The notes under the pieces were generated by a model, which was not told where the DNA came from, made no database searches, and worked only from the letters and a program-made list of their open reading frames with translations. A stretch of DNA of 64,000 bases, from IMG/VR virus record IMGVR_UViG_3300036856_000037; one strand, given 5' to 3'. The first letter of the stretch is position 1; each line of letters starts with the position of its first letter. Origin of the DNA: a virus (taxonomy: Duplodnaviria > Heunggongvirae > Uroviricota > Caudoviricetes). A program made the translations under genes and the position numbers. Positions 56,066 through 64,000 of this stretch are shown in pieces.

Positions 56066-59000
56066 CTACGACACCGGAATCAGGATGCCGCTGATGCCAC
56101 CCCAGTAGTCGGCAGCACCGGTGGAGGCAGTGAAACTGAGTCCGCTTGCCCCGCTAGCATCCCCGACGACCATCGGCATACTGCTCGTGACACTCTGATT
56201 CCACCGCTGCGTTTGGTTGAACGAGCTGAAAGCGTGGTTGGCGCCGCCGAATCCCGCCACCACCATCTGGCCGGTGGAGGCACTGATGCCCGACAGGGTC
56301 GGCGTCCCGGTGTCGCCGCTGTTGTACGTGCAGTTTCCGATGGACCCGACATTGAGGTAGCTGACGGTGTTGGCCGCGATGCAGTCGATGGTTCCGCCAC
56401 CACTGGGCGTGATGGTCAGTGACACGGTTTGGGAGCCGCTGGGGGCGCCGATCAGCGCCACCGCGAAGGTCCAGTAGACCGTGCCACTGTGGTTGTAATA
56501 CTCAACCTGGTCCAGCAGGAGGGGGAAGTTGTAGGTCCCGTAGCTGTACGTCGCGTCTGCGGAGCCTTCATAAAACTGGACGGTGGCCCACAGCACCACG
56601 CAGCACGCGGGGCCGCCATCAGAGCTGTGCGTCCATGACACGGTTTCGGTGCCCGCCGTCGCCTCCTCTATACCCGACCCGGTGGCCTCATACGTCACCG
56701 TCAGCTCACTGCCGCCACCGCCGCCCAGTCCGCCCAGCGCGGTGGTTGTTGAGGCGTTTTGCCGTGAGGTGATCCATGCACTCCCCTGCGCACCACCGGC
56801 CGAGTTGACTTTGGAGTCTCCACCCGAACTTCCGCCGCCCGGGGCATTACCCGGCAGGTGGGTGGCGGTGGTTGAGGCGCCCGCGACATACAGGTTGTTA
56901 TTGAACGTCGTGTTGGTCTGGCCCAATCCTTCCGCCGACGTGTTGGTGTTCGCCGGGTTGTAATAAGCACTCCCACCGGGTCCGCCACCCTGGCCGCCAG
57001 TGGTTTGGGCCAAGACGTTTTGAATTGACGGATTGAGGACGACGGAGATGCCGCCCCAGCTGTCCGACAGGTTGTTGGTCGCGCCAATGGTGGCGCTGGC
57101 GCTGGCGTCCGTGATGGACAGACCGGAGTAGTAGTTGGCACCCGAGAGGTAATAGCCGTACCAGCGGTTCGTGCCGCCACTGAAGGCGGCCTGCTGCGCC
57201 TTGACAGAGCCCAGGAACTGCACCATGTACTGGTTGGCAGCACACATGGTGGATTGCGACAGTGCTGTGCCCGTCCCGTAGGTGTTGGCCACCAGCGCCA
57301 CCGACGACACGTTGTTGTACGAAATGGAGTTGGCCGAGGCATACGCCTTGCTCGCGGTACCTATCCCGATGGCCTGGACGCCACCGGGTACATCAGCCAG
57401 TCCGAATACGATGGTCGCGCCGTTGGCCCCGGCGTTGCCGTTATACACCAGACCCAGCGGGATCATCGGCACGCCGCCGTAGGTGACGTTGTAGGTTCCG
57501 AAGCCGGTGTTGATGCCCACCAGGATGTAGGCGCCCGCGGTAGCCGTGTGGTTCCACGTCATCCCGGTGCCATACATGTTGGCGCCTGCGCCCAGCGCGT
57601 CAAAGCTCGGCTGGGTCACCGTCCCGTAGCCCACCAGGGTGTCGGTGCCCGACCCCGAGGGTGCACAGCCCCCGCTACCCACGATGACCGTCAGCTCCGT
57701 CACGCTGGTGGGGAAATCGGTGCCATAGGTATAGGTGTTCTTCTGCCACACGCCGCAGTTGCCGCCCTGGCCGTTGTTGAACGCCGAGGAGGTGCCATCT
57801 CCCCACCCACCCGCGCCGCCACCGGGGAGGAGCACGGAGTCGACGTAGTCACCGGACAACAGCCAGGTTGGCAGGGTCAGCGAGAAGATGCCCGCCGCGT
57901 TGAATACCGTCTGGCTCGGTGGCTGGTAGGCCGCGGGGAGCGCGGACACACTGACACACGCAAAGGGGCACGTGCCGCCATAGGAGAGCTGGGAAGCCGT
58001 CAGGGTCGTCGGCGACACCCCGCCGGTGCTCGACGTCGACCGGCTGGCCCCCACGTTGGGTGGGATGCTGTTGGGGTTGTTGGGGATGGCCAGGGTCTCG
58101 GCCACCACGCTGATCGTGCTGGACTGCGCCACGATTTCCACCGCGATGAGCGTGCCGACTACAAGAGTCGGCTGATCAGCCGTGGTGATGGTGACACCCA
58201 CCCAGCCCCAGGAACCGTTGGCGATAGAGCCGGAGATGTCGGTGGAGGCCCATAGGAGGGTCTGCGTCGCCGTGGTGGTGTCAATGGAGTAGAGGTTGAC
58301 ATAAACGCCGGAGCCCCCGGCGCCCTTGGCCATGAACTCAACAAAGCCCACGTCGGTGACTTGAGAACTGTTGATGAATCCCATCAACGTGGTGCCACTG
58401 GAGATGCTGATGCTGGGCAGTGTCGACCCGGTAAAAGCAGAGAGCGGGAAGGTGACCTGACCCGAAGGTTGCAGCCCACTCCACACCGGCTGATTGGACA
58501 CGTTGGTGATTACCTGGTTGTTTGCCACACCAATCTCCAATGCGGTGGCCGCGCTGGTGGCCGTGACGCCCACCGACTGCAGCATCTGCGCCAACTGGAC
58601 GCCGGTGACGTTCGTCTGGCTGGACGCTGAGGCTAGTTGGTCGATGAGGTTCTGCCAGGCCGTCGCCAGGTCGGCTTCACCCTGTGGTCCCGCGACCGCC
58701 ACCGAAGACAACTGCGGAATGTTGGTCACGTCCAGCAGGGCGGCGTCAATCAATGTGGTGGGCGCGAACAGCGCACTGGTGAACCACACGTCGCCGGTGG
58801 CCGCCGCCGCCGGTTCCACGGTGAAGACCAGGCACGCGGTGGCCGCACTAACCGGCATGACAAAGGAGGCGGATACCGGATACCAGCCCCAGTTGCTCGT
58901 CGGCTCAGGGTCCGTGATGGTCGTCTGGGTGGCCGTCACGGTGGCAATCAAATTCCCGCTGGAGTCGTAGGCATTGACCCCTACGGAGATGAGCTCACCT

Positions 59001-62000
59001 TCAGCAAAGATGTTGTTCCACATGATGCTGGCGCCCGCCTGGACCACCTGGCCCGGCTGGACGGCAGTGCGCTGACCTGCTTCAAACTGCAGAAGCTGGC
59101 CGTCCAGCGGCGGACCCTGGATCGGTGTTCCGTCAGGGTGCACGCCGCCGGCGAAGCTGTTGATGTAGTCCAGGCCGATCTGGACATACGACCGGGCATC
59201 CCCATCATCAATGTTGGGCTGGCCGTAGAAGTAGGCGTACTGCGAGCTTGCGCTCTCAAAGTTCTCCGCATAGTAGTTTTCCAGCGCCAGCGCCGTCTTG
59301 ATCTGTGTCGCGCCAGCGGTGTTCGCCTTCTCTGCCGCCGTCGCCACCGTGCCCAGGTTCCCCAGGTACGTCTTGTACACCGCGTCGTAGAGGACGCGGA
59401 ACCACTGGCCTTGCACGCCGCCACCCAACGAGATGTCAGCGGCATTGCCCGAGGACCCGGGGGAGTAGGACGCATTGGTCGGGCCGACTGAGCCGGGGAG
59501 GAGATAGTTGGCCAGGTTGTACCAGTGCAGGCTCAGCGCGTTGAGGATATAGGGCGCGCCGGTGGTCTGGAAGTTCTCTGCCACCGCGATGGTCGTCTGG
59601 GTGACCGGCTCATACATCACACAGCAGTCGTTGCCGGGTTCAGACCCATCATTGCCGAACCAGGCCGAGTCATTGAACCAGCCCAAGCCCCATTGCTGGT
59701 AGACCGAGCCTGCCCCACCCGGCCCGGACCACTGGGTGGCCATGTTGGTCGGCGTACCGGGCTCAGTAAAGACCGTCATACGCTCCTGCTGGACGTCAGC
59801 ACTGAACAGCGCGCCTTGTCCCGACTGCGTCCCGAAGCTGACCAGGTCACCGATGGTGCCCTGCATGTTGCCCGCGGTGAAGAAGTAGTCGACATTGATC
59901 TTGGTAAACGTCTGGGTGCCGCTGGTGATACCGAGGTAGTCCAGGATCATCAGCTCATACGTCGTACACGCGGGAGACGGGAGTGCCGACACGCCGCTGA
60001 GCATCGACGTGTTGGTCAGCCCCATCGGCGTGCAGACGTTGTCGGCCATCAGCACGGCAGCCGTCTTGCTGTAGAGGGTTTGCAGGATGAATCCCAGCAG
60101 GATGAAGTTGGACTCCGTGTAGTACCACACGGTGCCAGGTGGCGCATTCGCCGTACCGGCCTCAATCACCGACAGCTGGCTCGCGGGCGTGATGGCCGTG
60201 ATGGTGGGGTCGATGAGGAACTGCAGCGCGACAAGCTCATCCTGCTCAGTGTCATAGACACCGGAGGTTTGCATCAGCATCTCGCGGATGGTGATGGTTG
60301 AGGCGTTGGCCACGCTCGGGTACCAGGTGTCCAAGGTGTCATCAAGTGTCAGCAGGCCATCACTGACGGCCTTGAGGATGGCGTTGGCGACAAACCCCTT
60401 GGAGACCGAGCCGAATCGGAAGTGGTCGTTGACCGCGAACCCGGTGCCATAGGACTGGTAGTAATAGCCCATCGGACCAGAGATTCCGATGACGGTGCCG
60501 GTAACGTTGGCTACCTGCGCGGCGTTCGACACCATGATCTCGTCGATGATCGCGGTGTACTCCTCAGCCATCGGCTGGCCGTACTGCGGGTTCAGCATCC
60601 AATTCGTCTGCTGGCTGGGAACGAATGTCCCGCTCACCGGGCACGACGTCAGGTAGTCGCCGGGAGCGCAGAAGTCCCACCACTTGGACTCGGTGTCAAT
60701 GAGGTTGCCGGTGGCCGGGGTGGTGGTGTTGCCCGCGCTGGTGTACGGCCCGATGGCCGCCGGGACCTCCACCACACAGCCTGAGGTGTTGGCCGGGGGA
60801 TTAAAGCCGGGCCACGCATGACCCTCCTCGCGGCGCATGTTGCCGAACATGACACCGGCCAGCAGGTCGTTGGCCCTGCCGGTCAACGTGCCATAGCGAA
60901 TCAGGTCGTACACGCCGTCACAGATGAGCGACCCCTGGCCGGCGCCCACCAGGATGAACGGACCCGGGATGGTGTTGATGGCGTTGGTCAGCCACGTAAT
61001 GCCCTGCGCGACACTTTGGGAGGGCACCACGTTGGAGGGATAGGGGACAAAGATCGTCTCGAAGTAGCTCTCGTCCAGCCCGCTGTACATGTAGCCCATG
61101 CCCAGGTAGGACTGCGCGGAGTTGCTGAGGTACTGCAGCAGGCCGGATTCGAACGCCGGGGTGAAGACACCACCGGGTGTACCCGGCACCACGTAGACGG
61201 TGATGAGCCCGCGCCGCACCGTGCGGATCGACCCTCCGGTGCCGTTGTTGATCCACCCGTCCCACACCCAGAGCCCCTGGCCTTGGATGCCCGCGCCGGT
61301 GGCGAAGTTGGGGTCCTTGAGGATGTTGGTGACCGCGCCGGGCGCCAGCGACTTGAGCAGGTCGGCGCTGACCTGGGTGGTGTTGTTCAAGCTCCCCAGC
61401 AACGTCGCCAAGGTTTCCCCCGTGGTGGAGGTGCCACCACCCCCGTTGCCGGGCGTGGTGCCGGTCCCCAGTCCGCCGGGGTTACCCAGCAGATTGAGGA
61501 TGTCTTTGATCCACGTCTCAATCGTGCCCAGCGGGTTGGTGATCAGTCCCACGATGTCCGTCAGCGCGCCGGCGATGGCCTGCTCGATTTTGCCCGGCAG
61601 TCCCTCGATCAGGCTGAACAACTCTGACAACGGGTTGCCGGTCCCCGAGCCACCCAGCGCGTCAACGATGGTGTCGAGGATGTCCTGACCGAGTCCCAGC
61701 ACGCCCTCCAGGACGCTCTTGAGCACCGACAGGGTGTTGCCGATGATGTTGTTACCCGTCAGCGCATTGACGATGGTGTCGATGATGTTCTGAATGATGC
61801 CGAAGATGGCGCCACCCAGGCCACCGCCTGCTCCCGCGGAGTTGGTGCCGTTAAGCGGCTCTAACCCGAAGAACTCCAAGATGGCGTTGATGAAGTCCAG
61901 CGGCAACTCCATGATGTCGATGATCATCTGCGCCAGGTTGAGCGACTTCTGGCCGACGACGTCCTCAATGCCCTGGTCAAGCTCATTGAGCGGGTTCTTG

Positions 62001-62068
62001 TCCTGGGAGAAAAGGTTCTTCCCGGTTGCGGAGCCTGCGCCTGCGGCCAGGTCGATTGCGCCCGCCAT
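56066..62068 (-). CDS. giant (2000 aa) minor tail protein with Gly-rich N-terminus and internal beta-lactamase/D-Ala-D-Ala carboxypeptidase-like domain
   Basis: FRFGSVSKGFVANAILKAV SxxK motif; Gly-rich N-terminus with GxxGxxG repeats; long T/S/G/N-rich beta regions. Confidence 0.8.
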   Translation of the reverse strand: MAGAIDLAAGAGSATGKNLFSQDKNPLNELDQGIEDVVGQKSLNLAQMIIDIMELPLDFINAILEFFGLEPLNGTNSAGAGGGLGGAIFGIIQNIIDTIVNALTGNNIIGNTLSVLKSVLEGVLGLGQDILDTIVDALGGSGTGNPLSELFSLIEGLPGKIEQAIAGALTDIVGLITNPLGTIETWIKDILNLLGNPGGLGTGTTPGNGGGGTSTTGETLATLLGSLNNTTQVSADLLKSLAPGAVTNILKDPNFATGAGIQGQGLWVWDGWINNGTGGSIRTVRRGLITVYVVPGTPGGVFTPAFESGLLQYLSNSAQSYLGMGYMYSGLDESYFETIFVPYPSNVVPSQSVAQGITWLTNAINTIPGPFILVGAGQGSLICDGVYDLIRYGTLTGRANDLLAGVMFGNMRREEGHAWPGFNPPANTSGCVVEVPAAIGPYTSAGNTTTPATGNLIDTESKWWDFCAPGDYLTSCPVSGTFVPSQQTNWMLNPQYGQPMAEEYTAIIDEIMVSNAAQVANVTGTVIGISGPMGYYYQSYGTGFAVNDHFRFGSVSKGFVANAILKAVSDGLLTLDDTLDTWYPSVANASTITIREMLMQTSGVYDTEQDELVALQFLIDPTITAITPASQLSVIEAGTANAPPGTVWYYTESNFILLGFILQTLYSKTAAVLMADNVCTPMGLTNTSMLSGVSALPSPACTTYELMILDYLGITSGTQTFTKINVDYFFTAGNMQGTIGDLVSFGTQSGQGALFSADVQQERMTVFTEPGTPTNMATQWSGPGGAGSVYQQWGLGWFNDSAWFGNDGSEPGNDCCVMYEPVTQTTIAVAENFQTTGAPYILNALSLHWYNLANYLLPGSVGPTNASYSPGSSGNAADISLGGGVQGQWFRVLYDAVYKTYLGNLGTVATAAEKANTAGATQIKTALALENYYAENFESASSQYAYFYGQPNIDDGDARSYVQIGLDYINSFAGGVHPDGTPIQGPPLDGQLLQFEAGQRTAVQPGQVVQAGASIMWNNIFAEGELISVGVNAYDSSGNLIATVTATQTTITDPEPTSNWGWYPVSASFVMPVSAATACLVFTVEPAAAATGDVWFTSALFAPTTLIDAALLDVTNIPQLSSVAVAGPQGEADLATAWQNLIDQLASASSQTNVTGVQLAQMLQSVGVTATSAATALEIGVANNQVITNVSNQPVWSGLQPSGQVTFPLSAFTGSTLPSISISSGTTLMGFINSSQVTDVGFVEFMAKGAGGSGVYVNLYSIDTTTATQTLLWASTDISGSIANGSWGWVGVTITTADQPTLVVGTLIAVEIVAQSSTISVVAETLAIPNNPNSIPPNVGASRSTSSTGGVSPTTLTASQLSYGGTCPFACVSVSALPAAYQPPSQTVFNAAGIFSLTLPTWLLSGDYVDSVLLPGGGAGGWGDGTSSAFNNGQGGNCGVWQKNTYTYGTDFPTSVTELTVIVGSGGCAPSGSGTDTLVGYGTVTQPSFDALGAGANMYGTGMTWNHTATAGAYILVGINTGFGTYNVTYGGVPMIPLGLVYNGNAGANGATIVFGLADVPGGVQAIGIGTASKAYASANSISYNNVSSVALVANTYGTGTALSQSTMCAANQYMVQFLGSVKAQQAAFSGGTNRWYGYYLSGANYYSGLSITDASASATIGATNNLSDSWGGISVVLNPSIQNVLAQTTGGQGGGPGGSAYYNPANTNTSAEGLGQTNTTFNNNLYVAGASTTATHLPGNAPGGGSSGGDSKVNSAGGAQGSAWITSRQNASTTTALGGLGGGGGSELTVTYEATGSGIEEATAGTETVSWTHSSDGGPACCVVLWATVQFYEGSADATYSYGTYNFPLLLDQVEYYNHSGTVYWTFAVALIGAPSGSQTVSLTITPSGGGTIDCIAANTVSYLNVGSIGNCTYNSGDTGTPTLSGISASTGQMVVAGFGGANHAFSSFNQTQRWNQSVTSSMPMVVGDASGASGLSFTASTGAADYWGGISGILIPVS

Positions 62069-63525
62069 TATGTCTCCGCCACGGGCATGAGCATGATGAA
62101 AATCTGCGCATCCGTGGGACTGAAGACGTACAAGCCGATGGCTCCATCGTTATAGAGGTTCACGTAAATAGTGCTCTCTGCCGGGTTGGTGTTGTTCGCC
62201 GGGACCAACGCGAGGTCATTGGTCGGAGTCAGTGCGGTCGCCGGATTGTTGGGGTTGGAGTAGTGAGGCATGATGTTGACCTCACCCAGCGTGTTACCGA
62301 AGCCGCGCGCAATGAGCGTGCCCGCCGAGGGGTCACCCAGTACCACTTCACAACCGATGGTCAACGGGCTGGCCGACAGCTCAATGCCGAAAGCGCCGAT
62401 ATGGCCCCACACAATCGGCGTCCAGGGGAACGGCTGTGGCGGGATGGCGAAGGACCCGATGGCCGCGCGCTGACTGATGCCGGAGAAGGACGTGAACGCC
62501 GCCTCGGGCATCGAGTAGGGGGAGGGGATGAACTGGCTGATCGACGCCGGTACCCAGATGGGGTACTGGACAGACGCGGTGTTGTAGCCCGGCGGTGTCG
62601 CGCTGGAGCCCGTCGCGCCGGTATCGGTGTACGTCGTGGTCGCGCCGTTGCCGATGGTGGTGAGCAGTCGGTTCTCACCGCCTGAGGTGGTGCCCCGGTA
62701 GATCTTGTAGCCAGTGGCGCCATCAACCTGGTACCAGGTCAACAGCACCGACGAGGTGGAGCCGCTGAGGTTGGCCGACACCTCATTGGACGCCAGGGTC
62801 TCTCCCGCCGCCGACAGCGCCGTCACCACGTAGTAGTAGCTCCCACTGGCCAGCGTGCCGCCACTACCCAGGCCGTTGGCCCCCACGTAGGCGGGAACCG
62901 GGAGGTACTGCGTGGTGTAGGAGCCGCTGAAGGCCATGACGTCACCGGGCACCGGTGGTGACGTCACCTCATTGACATCCGGTGCCAGCGCCAGTGCTGC
63001 CCCTGGTCCCTGTGGTCCCGGCGGGACGGCGAGGTTGAAGGTCAGGGTCGGCTCCCATACGGTGCCGCTCTCCTCTACTGAGCTGTTGCCCGGGTAGCTG
63101 ACCAGGTTGACGTAGGGCGTGATCACCGGGACGGGTCCAGGTGGGCCGGGGGAGCCGTTCATGATCCGGCGATAAGTGGTGCCGTACCAGATGTAGCTAC
63201 TGGACCCGATGATCTCGCCGTTGGCGTCGACGTCATCAACGATCCAGAACTTGCCGATGTCGGCAGTGGTGTTGGTCAGCGTCTGGGGCAGGTCCGCCGG
63301 GTCGTCAATGGCATCGGCCTGGAAGTTCAAGACGAAAGCGTTTTGACCCGCAGGCCCCTGGGGTCCCACCACCGCCGCGATGGTCATGGTGCCCTGGTCG
63401 CCTTGAATCTCATACGTGGCGGTGAACGTCGGCGGGGAGCCCGCCGGAACCACGATTCCATACACTCTCGTGTTAATGAAGTAGGTCTCAAGAAGGACGG
63501 TATCGCCTACCTGGGGAACCGTCAT
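62068..63525 (-). CDS. minor tail protein (collagen-like GxxG stretch, FN3-like repeat)
   Basis: GPQGPAGQ; TGYKIYRGTTSGGENRLL. Confidence 0.65.
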   Translation of the reverse strand: MTVPQVGDTVLLETYFINTRVYGIVVPAGSPPTFTATYEIQGDQGTMTIAAVVGPQGPAGQNAFVLNFQADAIDDPADLPQTLTNTTADIGKFWIVDDVDANGEIIGSSSYIWYGTTYRRIMNGSPGPPGPVPVITPYVNLVSYPGNSSVEESGTVWEPTLTFNLAVPPGPQGPGAALALAPDVNEVTSPPVPGDVMAFSGSYTTQYLPVPAYVGANGLGSGGTLASGSYYYVVTALSAAGETLASNEVSANLSGSTSSVLLTWYQVDGATGYKIYRGTTSGGENRLLTTIGNGATTTYTDTGATGSSATPPGYNTASVQYPIWVPASISQFIPSPYSMPEAAFTSFSGISQRAAIGSFAIPPQPFPWTPIVWGHIGAFGIELSASPLTIGCEVVLGDPSAGTLIARGFGNTLGEVNIMPHYSNPNNPATALTPTNDLALVPANNTNPAESTIYVNLYNDGAIGLYVFSPTDAQIFIMLMPVAET

Positions 63526-63548
63526 GCGGCCTCCTTATGTGTCATGGG

Positions 63549-64000
63549 TCAGCCCGTCCTGACGGTGGCCGACAGCGTTCCCTCACCGGAGAAGATCGGG
63601 AAGATGCTGAAGTTCGGATACAGCGTCGGGTTGAGTGGCATACACAGGACGAACAACTGCGCATTGGTCGGATGGAAGATGTAGATGCCCAGCTGTCCGT
63701 CGTTCCACAGGTTGATGTAGAGGGTGGTCTGCGCCGGGTCGGTGGTGTCAGCCGGGATGGTGACGTAGTTGTTGTTCGGCGAAATCACCGCGCTGGTGTT
63801 GGCCGCGTAGCTGTAGTGCGGGTAAATCGAGGTCAGGCCCAGGGTGGTGCCGATACCGCGGGCAACCTGGATACCGCTGGTGGGGTCGCCCAGGAGTACC
63901 TGACAACCGATGCGGAACGGGTCGGTGGACAGGTCCAGGCCGTTGCCCCCGATGTGACCCCACACGATGGGTGTGTACTCCCACGGTTGCGCCGGGATTT
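63549..64000 (-). CDS. minor tail protein, partial (N-terminus outside window); C-terminal domain paralogous to that of 62068..63525
   Basis: WGHIGGNGLDLSTDPFRIGCQVLLGDP vs WGHIGAFGIELSASPLTIGCEVVLGDP. Confidence 0.5.
   Translation of the reverse strand, partial: IPAQPWEYTPIVWGHIGGNGLDLSTDPFRIGCQVLLGDPTSGIQVARGIGTTLGLTSIYPHYSYAANTSAVISPNNNYVTIPADTTDPAQTTLYINLWNDGQLGIYIFHPTNAQLFVLCMPLNPTLYPNFSIFPIFSGEGTLSATVRTG

Noticed and set aside
56419-61688. Multiple 100-330-aa plus-strand ORFs (for example 57254..58255, 59525..60301, 60818..61627)
   Set aside because: All lie antisense within the 6-kb tail gene. The composition is Arg/Gly/Asp-rich with no motifs; they are GC-driven artefacts.

Overview
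This 64-kb window is about 64% GC and very gene-dense. It reads as an internal segment of a phage or prophage of a Mycobacterium host. PE, PPE, WhiB and Rpf genes point to a mycobacterial host. Phage hallmarks are four HNH homing-endonuclease genes, a RecE/RecT-like pair, a 7-deazaguanine DNA-modification module (queC, folE, queE, queD, dpdA, a ParB-like gene), and a leftward block of minor-tail genes (51.3-64 kb) that includes a 2000-aa tail protein with a beta-lactamase/PBP domain. No integrase, capsid, terminase or lysis genes lie in the window.

Layout:
- 1-14.7 kb: rightward early-like genes, including whiB and a PE/PPE/Esp-like/WXG operon.
- 14.7-21.3 kb: leftward block ending in a Ro60/Rsr (TROVE+vWA) orthologue, immediately preceded by six tandem tRNA-mimic (Y-RNA-like) modules.
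- 21.3-41 kb: mostly rightward block with several SAM methyltransferases, two SPFH/band-7 proteins, an NfeD-flotillin pair, HNH genes, a secreted Rpf and RecET.
- 41-47.5 kb: leftward 3'-5' exonuclease gene followed by a folE-queE-queD-dpdA-parB-like module.
- 50-64 kb: leftward PPE gene plus tail genes.

Eight good copies of a ~30-55-bp promoter/operator/leader element sit upstream of rightward genes.

All calls are by eye from sequence and motif memory; no searches were run.
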